The translations under genes were made by a program, and so were the position numbers. Below are positions 36,321 to 49,892 of a stretch of DNA of 64,000 bases, piece by piece. Every line of letters starts with the position of its first letter. Position 1 is the first letter of the stretch. The notes under the pieces are model-generated. The model made no database searches. It saw nothing but the letters and a program-made list of their open reading frames with translations, and was not told the origin of the DNA. The stretch is from the human T2T-CHM13v2.0 reference genome, Homo sapiens, in the NCBI RefSeq assembly GCF_009914755.1, contig NC_060930.1, one strand, 5' to 3'.

Positions 36321-36555
36321 CAGTGGAGCTCAACCAAGATAAATGATGTCCTCCGGAAGACATTTAGCCATGTCTGGAGACATTTTTGATTGTCACAGCT
36401 GGTAGGGTGGGTCAGGGGTGCTACTGGCATCTAGTGGGTAAAAGCCAGGGATACTACCAAACATCCTACAATGCACCAGACAGCTCCCCCTGCCCCTCCC
36501 AAAAAAAGAATTATCCATCCCAAAGTGTCAATAGTGTTGAGATTGAGAAAACTGG
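36321..36555. mobile_element. MER20 hAT MITE
   Basis: atgtctggagacatttttgattgtcaca...tgctactggcatctagtgggta...ttgagaaaactg. Confidence 0.85.
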
Positions 36556-36754
36556 CTCTGCATCTAGGAGCTTTCTTCCAATTCCTTCCCACAAAAGGGT
36601 GTGAGGTTGGGATAAGGAAATCCATGCACTTGTTTTTCTTATGCTACTATCTGGCATGGATATTTAAGGTCAATGCCAAAGCAACCCAACTTACACAATG
36701 TTGTCTATTGCAGGTTAGGATCATTCCAGGGCAATACATATTAAGATTTTATTA

Positions 36755-37086
<332 letters not shown>

Positions 37087-37224
37087 TTAAAAATTAGAAA
37101 AATAAGAATGACAGTATTTGAGGTGGAATTCATATTAAGCACAACTTAACATTTTAGGGCCTTTTAAAAAACATTTAGGAACTATTACTAGTGTCAAATG
37201 ACAAATTATTAAATGCAAGTAAAG

Positions 37225-38285
37225 GTTTATTTTATTTATTTATTTTTAATAATTTCAACTTTTATTTTAGATTCAGGGGTACATGTGCAGGTTTGTTACA
37301 TGGGTATGTTGTGTGATGCTGAGGTTTGGGGTATGAATGATCCCATCATCCAAGTAGTGAGCATAGTATCCAATAGGTAGCTTTTCAAGGTTTTCAGCTT
37401 GTCTGCCTCCCTTTCTTCTCCACTAGTCCCCAGTGTCTATTGTTCCCATCTTTATGCCCACATGTACCCAGTGCTTAGCTCCCACTTATAAGTGAGAACA
37501 TGCAGTATTTGGTTTTCTATTCCTGCATTAATTTGCTTAGGAGAATGGCCTCCAGTTATAACCATGTTGCTGCAAAAGACTTGATTTCATTCTTTTTATG
37601 GCTGCATAGTATTCCATAGTATAAATGTACCACATTTTCTTTATCTAGTCCACTGCTAATGGGCATCTAGGCTGATTCCTTGTCTTTGCTATTATGAATA
37701 GTGCTGTGATAAACATACAAGTACATGTGTCTTTTTGGTAGAATGATTTATTTGGGTATATACCCAAAAGAAAATAAATCAAACCCAGTAATGGGATTGC
37801 TGGGTTGAATGGTAGTTCTGTTTTAAGTTTTTTGAGAAACCTCCAAACTACTTTCCATGGTGGCTGAACTAATTTATATCCTCACCAACAGTGTATAAGT
37901 ATTCCCTTTTTCTCTGCAGCCTCACCAGCATCTGTTATTTTTTTGGATTTTTAATAATGGCCATTCTGACTGGTATAAGATGGTATCTCACTGTGGTTTT
38001 GATTCCCATTTCTCTGATGATTACTGATGTGGAACATTTTTTCAGGTATTTGCTGGCCACTTGTATGTCTTGTTTTGAAAAGTGTCTGTTCATGTCTTTT
38101 GCCCACTTTTTAATGGGGTTATTTGTCTTTTGCCTGTTGAATTGTTTGAGTTCTTTATAGTTTCTAAATATCAGATCTTTGTCAGATTCATAGTTTTTGA
38201 ATATTTTCTCCCATTCTGTAGATGGTCTGTTTACTCTGTTGATAGTTTCTTTTGCTGTGCAGAAGCTCTTAGTTTAATTAGGTCC
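37225..38285 (-). mobile_element. 5'-truncated L1PA15/16-type LINE (~1.06 kb 3' end)
   Basis: ttttagattcaggggtacatgtgcaggtttgttacatgggt 3' UTR; TSD gcaag(t/c)aaag at 37215 and 38286. Confidence 0.9.
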
Positions 38286-38416
38286 GCAAGCAAAGATCCA
38301 AGTGCAAAAAAAGATTTGTACCAGCAGCTTAGAGAAAAGATTGCTAATTGTATTTTGATACAAATTTTGATGTAATGTGTCACTGAGCAGTGAAACTGTG
38401 TGATTTAAAAAGGAAG

Positions 38417-38689
38417 GGCCGGGCACGGTGGCTCACGCCTGTAATCCCAGCACTTTGGGAGGCCGAGGCGGGCGGATCATGAGGTCAGGAGATCGAGACC
38501 ATCCTGGCTAAAATTAGTCAGGCATGGTGGGGGGTGCCTGTAGTTCCTGGCTACTTGGGAGGCTGAGGCAGAAGAATGGCATGAACCTGGGAGGCGGAGC
38601 TGGCAGTGATCTGAGATAGTGCCACTGCACTGCACTCCAGTCGGGGTGACAGAGCGAGACGCTGTCTCAAAATAAATAAATAAATAAAA
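38417..38689 (+). mobile_element. AluY with an internal deletion
   Basis: catcctggcta joined directly to aaattagtcagg; TSD aaaaggaagg. Confidence 0.95.
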
Positions 38690-38718
38690 AGGAAGGAAGA
38701 CGGGAGGAAACCAAGTGA

Positions 38719-39420
<702 letters not shown>

Positions 39421-41882
39421 TAGGTACAGGTTCTAGGGCCAACAGAAATGTCTTAATCTTAATTTCTCTTAAAAATCAGAAAAAAAAGAATCTAATAATT
39501 AAAAATAATAAAATAATATTACAAATACTATATTTTGATATATTCTTGAATATGAATGATAGTCATTATAATAAATATATAGTCATAAATCCAGCCTAGA
39601 TTATATTCGTTTTTATACCAACAGTCATTAAAAAGTATTAAAGTCATTAAAATATTATTTTAAAAAATTTTTTTAATGGAGGGAGAGACTCCTGAAGTGG
39701 TTCGACACTGAACTGGGTATTAAGGGGATTTTTATAGACAGTTGTTGCTGTCCTTAATTACACCAGGATGTTTTTGGCATAGATATGTTTATATATGTAT
39801 GCACCTATGTATATAAGGAAATGATTTGAGGTCACTGGGGAAAGTGTTTGTGAAATGATGCTGACCACGTGCCAAAGGCTGTAGTAACACCTTATGGCTA
39901 TAAAACCAACTTTGTGATGTGCATGTTGTTCTAGCGCCAGTGCACGACAGTTGGGTGAGTTTTGCAGGTTCCCCCTGCAGCATTAGCCATGTTCCTGACA
40001 ATAGCAGCTAATCACAAACACTGCAGCACTTATATCCCTCCCCTGTTGATGTTTCTTTTATTAGCACTCAGGGCTTCCAGGTGTGAGCAAGTAGAAACGG
40101 TCTGTGGCATTACAGAAGTCCAAGGACACTTCCTGAGTGGACAAGGTGGGTGGGTGATCCAGTTGTCCACTAAGAAAGTGCCCTTGGGCTTCTGAGCTGG
40201 TTGGGTGATCTGCCTGCCATATGTGGCTTCCCATGGGACTCTGCAAAGGTAGCACCAGGTCACCAAGAGGTGTGAACAGAAGGAACAGTCCACTGCCACT
40301 CACTGTCTTACTGTGGCTATCTTGAAATGTGGCATTCATATCTATCCCCAAATTCAATGCCAGAAGCTGCTGATAAAGCATAGTCAGAAGCTGATTACGT
40401 TTAGAAATATGTTTCCTGGTGTGTAGGTAGAAATATGTTTCCTGGTGTGTAGGTGCAGGGGGCATCTTTCAGTGTGCCTTGTGCTTTGCCCATTGCTGCA
40501 GCAGCCAGGGGCTTACAGGTGTGTCCTGGCGCACTGGCCTCAGCAGAGCAGCCTTTCTCTTGCTCACTGCCCTGAACTCTCTGTCACTGCTCAATGGGAG
40601 GCCTGCAGACACCATCCAGCCACCCTGCCACATTTGTGGGCCTGGGACTGGGACAGGAGGGAGTCAACACCTTTGGGACAATCTTTGAGCAAGGAAAGTT
40701 GAGCCTGGGAATAAATACTCCTCCTTCTCTTGTGAATAATCTTCAAGTACACTTGAGAAGGTTTCTCAGAGGATCTGCAGTGGGCTAGGTCCCTAACTGA
40801 CAATGAGAGAAACCAGCTCAATTGCACTCTGTTGAGTTGGCTTCCCTTCTTCCCCACGTCGCTCTCCCAAACACCTCCTCCCCCACTGCTACTCCTTGGG
40901 TGCATTTTCCTAAGTGCACTGGCTGCACCAGGCCCTAGTCTCAGGCCATGCTTTTCAAGCTAAGACGGTAGGCATGACTGTGAAAGCAGTATGGTGCATA
41001 AGCGGTCCACGGCCCAAAGCCAAAGCCACAGCCACATTACCACACAGAGCCCCCAAAGAGGGAAACTGATTTCAACACTGTATATTTTGCTAATATGTGC
41101 CTGCTACTTACAGTATCAGCCACAACTGAATGTCCACAAATTGCAGGCTTGCAAAATTCAAGTGAGTTTGGCAAAAGGAGGAAAGCACTTACAAGTGTTC
41201 CAAAATGGGTAAGAGGAAAATTACCATGATTAGGAAAGAGATTTAGCATATCCCTCTTTTAATTGAGTTTAATGGAGTTTCTCCTTCCAAACTAAAATGT
41301 TATTTTAAAATGTGTTGGTGCCCTTAAGAAGGAATCCTCAGTTTAATTCCCTGAATTTCATTTCTCAGTGGAAAACTGCCTATGTTTCACACAAAGACAT
41401 CTGCAAACATTCACACAAATGTGTTCATAGGAACATCCTGAGACCAACAAGGAGCCAGCCTTGTTCTGGTCATAACATGTCCTCATTTAATGTCATTGGA
41501 AAAAATAGCTCTATCACAATGAAAAGGAATATCACAAGAACATCTGGAAAAAAACTATATTCTTAAGTGATATATTTGAGTTCCAATTTTTGTTTTTAAT
41601 TGTTTTGAGGGTTGGCCCACAATTTAAAAAAAAATAAAAAGAGAGATGATAAAAGGACTCTGTCAAAAACCTACTTTAAATACTTTTAAGTGTTGATCCA
41701 AGGAGAAAAGAAATGAACGAACCAGAGATGAGAAGGCAATAAAGATGCTGATATAACGACAGAAAAAGTGCTGGATAACCAATGAATAGGTCCAAAAACT
41801 AAAACAAAGAGAGGCGGGAAGGAGGTGGAGAAAGGGAGAGGAGACTTTAGATCTAATTTCCTAACTTCCTAGTTCCTAGGAC

Positions 41883-42514
41883 TGTTATTGGAAAGGAGTC
41901 CCAGTCCACACCCTAAGAGAGGGTTCTTGGACTTCACACAAGAAAGAATTCAGGGTGAGTCCATACAGCAAAGTGAAAGCAAGTTTATTAGGAAAGTAAA
42001 GGAATAAAAGAATGGCTACTCCACAGGCAGAGCAGTGGCATGGGCTGCTAAACTGAGAATACTTATGGTTATTTCTTGACTTATGCTAAGCAAGGGGTGG
42101 ATTATGCATGAGTTTTCTGGGAAAGGGGCTGGGATTTCTGGAACTGAGGGTTTCTCCCCACTTTAAACCACTTAGGGTAACTTCCAGATGTTGCCATGGC
42201 ATTTGTAAACTGCCAAGGCACTGGTGGGAGTGTCTTTTAGCATGCTAATGCATTATAATTAACGTGTAATGAGCAGAGAGGACGCCTAGAGATCACTTTT
42301 GTCGCCATCTTGGATTTGGTGGGTTTGGCAGGCTTCTTTATCACATCCTGTTTTATCAGCAAGGTCGTTGTCACCTGTACCTTGTGTCGACTTCCTATCT
42401 CATCTTGTGACTAAGAACGTCTAACCTCCTGGGAATGCAGCCCAGGAGGTCTCCGCCTCATTTTACCCAGCCCCCATTCAAGATGGAGTCGCTCTGGTTC
42501 AAACGTCTCTGGCA
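41883..42514 (-). mobile_element. MER41B solo LTR
   Basis: Reverse complement starts tgccagagacgtttgaaccagagcgactccatcttgaat; contains the GAS-bearing segment; perfect TSD ggac. Confidence 0.9.
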
Positions 42515-42829
42515 GGACTAGGAAGGCAAAATAAGCTGCTGCTTTCTGTGGTATAAAATAATAAATTCTAAAAATCCAATCTATTCTAGAATGTCTTTTG
42601 TTTTAAGGCATTATTAAAAAAAAACCCAGCACCTCCAGATTCAGATAAGCTGTTTGTCTGTATTAAGGAAATAAATACAGGTTAGTTGTCACCTACAGGA
42701 ACTGCAAGAGAATGGGACACAAGGCATGTAAATTTTGATCATTTTGATTATCACCTAGAAGGCAAGAGCACGGACCTAGGAAAGGACATTCAATAGTTCA
42801 GTAGAGAATCCTGGTTAATCAAAAGGTGG

Positions 42830-43778
42830 CATGATATCATAAGTGACTGATAGAGAGCTCACATATGGAAATTTAGTATATGAAAAAAGTGACATTTCAA
42901 ATAAATGGGGAAAAGATAAATTATTCAATACACGGTATTAGAACAAAGAGGTAGCCACCTGGAAAACATTAAAATAAACCCACATCACCTTCCTTGAACC
43001 AAAATAAATTTCAGAGAGAAAACATATTTCAATGTAAATAATAAGACCATAAAGTATTAAAAGGAAACGAAAAAATTTAAATAGTTATGGAGTGGGCAAA
43101 GATCTTTCCATGACTCAGAACACAGAAATATAACAAAGATAAATTTAAGTGTATAAAAGTAATAAATTGGGCACAACAAAGAAAAAACATTAAAAATTGA
43201 AAACAATCAACAAAAATATTTGCAACTCATACCACAGATATTAAGGTAATCTCCTAAATATATAAAGACTTACAAATGGTTCTCAGATACATAAAAAGAT
43301 GCTCAACCTCTCTCATATTAAAAGAAACACAAAATAAAACCATCAAAAGAAATAGCTTGGCAGCTAAGGATAAAGCAATTACGGGACTTCTCAAACCTAA
43401 CATCTTAAAAACCACCTGGAGATATTATTAACAGTCAGATTCTGAAGGAGGTCAGTGTGGGGCCTGAGAATTATATTTCTAACAAGCTCCCTGCTGATGC
43501 TTATGCTGAGGGCCTACCAACACTCTGTGGAGCATGCATTGCTGGAGGGCATATAAATTTGGACAATCTGTTTGGAAGGCAATTTGGTAATATCTTTCAA
43601 AATAAAAAGTATACATCTTTGTCAGCAATTCCACTTTAGTAATTATCCTATAATAGATTCATATATGCAAAATTATATGTGAAAAAGAAAATTTACTGCA
43701 GCATTTATTAATAATAGCAAAAAATTAGAATCAATATAAATATCCTTCGACAGGGGAGTATTTAAATACATAATCTAT
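42830..43778 (+). mobile_element. Old L1M ORF2 3' fragments (MER5A-like piece at ~43385-43535)
   Basis: ggggaaaagataaattattcaata, aaaagatgctcaacctc, tttggaaggcaatttgg. Confidence 0.7.
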
Positions 43779-43869
43779 TGAGAAAAGAAAAGAACTTTTA
43801 TCTGAGGAATGCAAGTCTTTTTAATTATCAGGCCCAGAGAGACATTAAAATAAAACCAAAATCACACCC

Positions 43870-44223
43870 TGATATGGTTTGGCTCTGTGTCCTCACTCAA
43901 GTCTCATCTCAAATTGTAATCCCCACATGTCGAGGGAGGGAGGTGATTGGATCACGGGGGTGCTTTCTCCCATGCTGTTCTTGTAATAGTGAGTGAGTTC
44001 TCATGAGATCTGATGGTTTTATAAGTATTTGGAAGTTCCTCCTTCACTCTTTTCTCCATCCTGCCGCCTTGTGAAGAAGGTGCCTGCTTCCCCCTCCACC
44101 CTGGTTGTAAGTTTCCTGAGGCCTCCCCACCCATGTGGAACTGTGAGTTAATTAAACCTTTCCTTTATAAATTACCCACTCTCAGGGAAGTTCTTTACAA
44201 CAGTGTGAAAATGGACTAATACA
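43870..44223 (+). mobile_element. THE1D/MSTA-type LTR
   Basis: tgatatggtttggctctgtgtcc...ggactaataca; perfect TSD caccc. Confidence 0.9.
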
Positions 44224-44341
44224 CACCCTATTCCTTCCTTTGAGCTATGTATTCATCTGTTGAAACTGCTTGCTATTGCCACAAGTAGCTATAAATTAAC
44301 CTAATAATGCCACACTGGACACAATAACCATCACTCTATAG

Positions 44342-44557
44342 CAGGGGTGTCCAATCTTTTGGGTTCCCTGGGCCATGTTGGAAGAAGAATTGTCTTGGGC
44401 CACACATAAAATACACTAACACTAATGATAGCTGATGAGAAAAAAAATCACAAAAAAAATCTGATAATGTTTTAAGAAAGTATGAATTTGTATTAGGCCT
44501 CATTCAAAACCATCCCGGGCTGCATGCAGCCCATGGGCCACGGGTTGGACAAGCTTG
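44342..44557 (+). mobile_element. MER30 hAT MITE
   Basis: caggggtgtccaatc...ggttggacaagcttg; perfect 8-bp TSD ctctatag. Confidence 0.95.
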
Positions 44558-44692
44558 CTCTATAGCTTAACAATGTATAGCCAATCATTAGCCAATGTTA
44601 TTTCTGTAAACCAATGAGAATTCCTGACAAACAACTTCGTATCAGCCCACTCACTCCCTGCACCTCCTTTTTGCCTTTAAAAATCCACACGT

Positions 44693-45022
<330 letters not shown>

Positions 45023-45248
45023 TCAGGACAGCTTGAATTCATGCTCCCAGGTTGCAATCCTCAAGCTTGGCCTCAGTCAACTGTCTGCTTACATTAATTT
45101 TGCCTCAACTTCATTCTTTCAGGTCAACACCATACAATTGAATATGCAGATGAGAGAAATAATAAGGCTAATGCTGATGTGGAAAAATCTCCAAGATAGT
45201 TTAATTATGTAAAAAAGATTCAAAATAGGTGTGTAAAGAAAATCTACA

Positions 45249-45250
<2 letters not shown>

Positions 45251-45285
<35 letters not shown>
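45251..45285. repeat. (TG)n microsatellite
   Basis: About 17 perfect units. Confidence 0.95.
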
Positions 45286-45286
<1 letters not shown>

Positions 45287-45439
45287 TGTGTTTCATTGAA
45301 TGGGCTTCATGAAGTTAACTCTTCTCTCTCCATTACCTATTTAAACTTGCTATACGATCTTGTCCTTTCTCTGCTCATAGACAAAATCTCAGACAAACTC
45401 CATAACTTTTCCAGACACACATCTGCATGTGCTGCACGT

Positions 45440-45440
<1 letters not shown>

Positions 45441-45476
<36 letters not shown>
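45441..45476. repeat. (CA)n microsatellite
   Basis: About 18 perfect units. Confidence 0.95.
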
Positions 45477-45478
<2 letters not shown>

Positions 45479-46069
45479 GAAGTGCTGTTTGCCTCAACTT
45501 CTTCATTTCAGGTGGCACCACACAATTAAACATGCAGATAGGAGAAATAATAAGGCTAATGCTGATGCAGAAAAATTGCCCTCTTTCTGTCTGCTCTGCC
45601 ACTGCAGGAAGATACCACAGCTTCCTATCCCTCAACTGCTTACACACCAACCCTCAGGTATCATCCACTTGTCTCTCAAACTCTAGGAGACACATCAAGC
45701 TCTCCAAGTGTACTGTTTGAAGCTCCTCTCAGGTAAGGCAGAAACTTTTATCTTGTTTAAGCTACTACCTCTGGAGTCTCTGCTACTTGCTTCATTGCAA
45801 TAGATGTAGGTCTAGATCCTGTAACCATAACAGTTCAGTTGCCTGATGTGTGTCGCAAGTCAACACACTGAGACACCGCATTACAGCAGAGAAAGAGGTT
45901 TAATTGCAGGGATGCCAAATGAGGCCATGGGAGGAAACCACAAATCTGTCTCCCTGTGGAGTTTGGGGCCAGTGTTTTCAAGGGTTTCGGAATGGGTGGA
46001 ATCATGGAGACTGTTGATTGGTCAAAGAGTATAGAGTGAAGTCATGGGACAGGGAGATGAAGAAACTGT

Positions 46070-46425
46070 TGTATTAATCCATTTCCATGCTGCTGATAAA
46101 GACATACCTGAGACTGGGCAATTTATAAAAGAAAGAGGTTTAATTGGACTTACAGTTCCATGTGGCTGGGGAAGCCTCACAATCATGGCGAAAGGCAAGA
46201 AGAAGCAAGTCACATCTTACATGGATGGCAGCAGGCAAAGAGAGAGAGCTTGTGCAGGGGAACTCCTCTTTTTAAAACCATCAGATCTTGTGAGACTTAT
46301 TCACTATCATGAGAACAGCATAGGAAAGACTTGCCCACGTGATTCAATTCTCTCTCCCACCAGGTCCGGCCCACAACACGTGGGAATTCAAGATGAGATT
46401 TGGGTTATACAGCCAAACTATATCA
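46070..46425 (-). mobile_element. THE1A/B LTR
   Basis: tgtattaatccatttccatgctgctgataaagacatacc...ccaaactatatca; TSD actgt/actat. Confidence 0.9.
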
Positions 46426-46660
46426 ACTATATTCTCATGCTGATCCCATTCCTCTGTGGGGGTCTTCAAGCTGGCTGGTGTCAGCCTGTCAGCTATTTCA
46501 TTGGAATTCGAGATCTGAAAAACATCTTAAGCAATTCTCAAACAAAAGCCTTATGATTCTGTCAGAAATCCTATCTGTAGGAATAATGGGGATGCAAATA
46601 GTCAATATCTAGTGCTACCTGACTGTTGGTTACAAGGAAGTGAGTCAAAGTGCAGCCTGA

Positions 46661-46771
46661 TTTTTTTTTTTTTAAGAGACAGGTTCTCACTATGTTGCCC
46701 AGGCTGGAGTGCAGCAGCTATTCACAGACACAATCCCAGTATTGATCAGCATGGGAGTTTTGACCTGCTCC
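46661..46771 (-). pseudogene. 5'-truncated 7SL (SRP) RNA retropseudogene
   Basis: Reverse complement ggagcaggtcaaaactcccatgctgatcaatactgggattgtgtctgtgaatagc matches the 7SL S-domain/3' end that Alu lacks; poly(A) tail; TSD aaagtgcagcctgat / aaaatacagtctgat. Confidence 0.9.
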
Positions 46772-47919
46772 AAAAATACAGTCTGATTAATGCTTAATTA
46801 GAATTATATTTCTGTCCAGAATTCTTGTTAACCCTGTAAGGACGGCTTCTATCCTATTGACATAGACCCTAATATTTGGCAGTACAGATATTTTGTTTCA
46901 CCCTCAAAGTATTGGTCAATGGTCCCAAACTTGAAGATTTTACATAAATCTTCAGATTTCCAAAAGTCTAAAAGATCTGCCAATACAGGGCCTTTGAGAT
47001 ATTTGGCTGAAGCTGAGCTGTGGTTGCCCTTTTAGTGGAAGCCTCCAGATTGCAATGCTCCCAGCACTCCCCCATTGTCCTGGGTCCATTTATTATATCA
47101 TCGCTGTAGTTTTTCTTCTACCCTCCTATTTCTTTCACTGGTGTCCATTTGAGTTTGTGACTTTTGCCCTGGCCATAGACAGCATTAACAATGAAGCAGA
47201 GCAAACAGGTAAAGCTTTGGGCTATCCTACTACTTCTTTCAAAAGTTTTCCCCTGATTTTAACTCCTCTCCCTTCTCTTCAAATCCAGAAAGTTAGTGTT
47301 TTCTTACTGTCCCAAGTTTTCTTTGCCTGGAAGAAAGAAATGTGGTCATCCTATTCACACTAAATTGTTAGTGATTTAATATGTCCTTTTGGGGAAAAAA
47401 TAGCCAGGATTTGCTAACCTTTCCAAATCGTAAAATTCCAGCTATTTTGGCATTTGGATGAGTGACACATTTTGGGGTGGTACACTTCTCTATGACCCTT
47501 CAAACCACAGCTTGTGGACAATTACTCCTTCTCCATTTTATGTCAGCCAGCAAAAATGTTTGCCAAAATGATCAGAACAGCTGTTCATTTTTGCTTGTCA
47601 GGGTAGTGGCTTGCCAGGGAATCCCTGTCCCAGTTGGGTTCTTCCTGGGAGAAATATTTACATAATTTGTTCCTATTCTGGGATGGGGTGCCCTGTGTGT
47701 TTTAGCCTACCAGAAGTTTACTATGTGCTAATGGTGTGGTGTGGCTATAAAAAAAAAAGGGGTGTGGCATGGGGAAAGAAAAGAAAATTTGAACATAAAC
47801 TTAGCCAAATCCATAGATAGAAAAAGCACAGGAAGTTGTTTCACTGTGCTCTGAAATCTTAACTCACATCTGGGGATTTGTACAGATTATTCGGGGCATC
47901 CACATTTAGAGAAGAATGC

Positions 47920-48320
47920 TGACAAGTCAAGGGCATCCTGAGAGGGGAGAGGTGAAAACTAAACCAAGAGTAAGAGAAGACTAAAGAAGCACTTGGTGGC
48001 TGCTTGCAAAGGTTGGAAAGGCTGTCACCAAGAGGAGGAACCACATGGATTAGTTCTTTGTTGTGCCAAAGAACAAACTAAGACCAATGGATACGAGTTA
48101 AAGGATGAGAGTGGGAGGAGATTTTGGCTCAGGAAATAAATCTAACAGCTACTAGATAGAGATTGGAGAAAAATGACTTTCCCTTTCACTAAAAATATCC
48201 TGAGAGAGGCTGTTTGACCATCTGTTTGGAATGCTATAGAAAGAATCCTTACCCTGGTTGGTGGCCTGATTTGATTTTTGTTGGGACTCTTCAGAGCAAA
48301 TTCTACGTTTGTATGAATTC
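47920..48320 (+). mobile_element. L3/CR1-like LINE 3' fragment
   Basis: aaactaagaccaatgg...attttggctca...gaggctgtttgaccatctg; very degenerate. Confidence 0.55.
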
Positions 48321-48789
48321 TGCTTGCATATCCTAGAGAACATGTAAATCCACAAATGCAGAATAATGTCTCTACCTACTCCATTTGAACTTCAGTATCA
48401 TCACTTAGGTGCAATTACATCAATGTTCTCTTTCAGACCTAGTATCTGTATTACTGAAGTCAGTGATTTCTGCAGTCTTCTCTTGATGCCCCTTGGGTGA
48501 GCATACTTTGTATTCTTTGTTGTCAGTAAGCATGTGAAATAGATTTTCACTCAGCAGGGTTTTTCCTAATTGCTCTTGCAAAGAAAATGATGTGGCCAAT
48601 TGTTTATTCCATTGATAGCCTTTTTCTGTCCCCAGAATGTGGCCAACATATGTATGACTCACATTCACAGGACAGAAGGATTGTTCTGGCTTGTGCTTCT
48701 ACTTCTTTTAGCCAATTGGAGAGTTATTTATAAACATTTATTGATTTGGATTCATAAACCAAAGTGAAAAAAAAAATCTTGCAGCACTG

Positions 48790-48803
48790 GTTGCTATGGT
48801 AAC
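48790..48803. promoter_or_regulatory. RFX X-box motif
   Basis: GTTGCTATGGTAAC, a near-palindromic consensus match in apparently unique sequence. Confidence 0.55.
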
Positions 48804-49416
48804 TAGCATTTCACACATGTATTCGCCAGCAGCGATGGCTCAGAACAGAAACCCAAAGCCTACCTGTAGCTTCTAACTGCATTTTCACTCCTATCGCATT
48901 TTTAACTGAAAATCGGTGACTTCCTCCATCAGTGTCAAGTGGGAGCATGGTATGGAGGCAGGAAAACAACAGCTTTTTTCATTTATTTTTGAGGTGATTT
49001 CTGTAGTTTTCTTGGGGTTATTTTCTAGACAGATGTGACTTCTAATCAATGTTGATTGTCAAGAATTAAAGAGATTCCATCGCAAGTTCAGCTCTCTGCC
49101 ACGTGTTGACGGTGATATGGAAGAAACCTGGGTTCCATTCTTTATCTTCAAGGGAACTTATACTATAGCTAGAATCCAGGAGCACAAATATAAAGCAGCA
49201 GGCAGGCTACACAAGAAAAAAAATGTAGTTCAGTGCTAAAATACACAACATACATGATAATAGACGCAAAGCATGCTGGGAGGAGCACAGGTTGCAGAAA
49301 GAGACAGAACTACTTTGAACTGTGTGGCCTCCTGTAAATTACATCACTTTCTTGTAAATTTTTACATTTTTTATAACTCATTGAAATGAGAACCATATCA
49401 GCTCCTAGGGTACTCC

Positions 49417-49755
<339 letters not shown>

Positions 49756-49892
49756 CCTAGGGTAGTTGTAAGGATTAAATAAGATAATTATATAAAGTAC
49801 CTAGAATAATATCAGACCCATAGCAGCACTCAGTTAATGGAAATTATTATGTGTGTTGGGATAATTTTTTGAGATAATAAATATGTCTTGTC

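Larger units (their letters stand above)
45820..46849 (-). mobile_element. ERV1 LTR (LOR1-like) hosting THE1 and a 7SL copy
   Basis: Reverse complement reads gaagccgtccttacagggttaacaagaattctggacagaaatata...; ends ttatggttaca. Confidence 0.65.

Noticed and set aside
37891-38375. ORFs over the L1PA fragment
   Set aside because: They are antisense frames of a truncated L1 ORF2 end; no intact ORF2.
46044-46556. 170-aa ORF
   Set aside because: It is a read-through of antisense THE1 LTR and flanking ERV1 LTR sequence.
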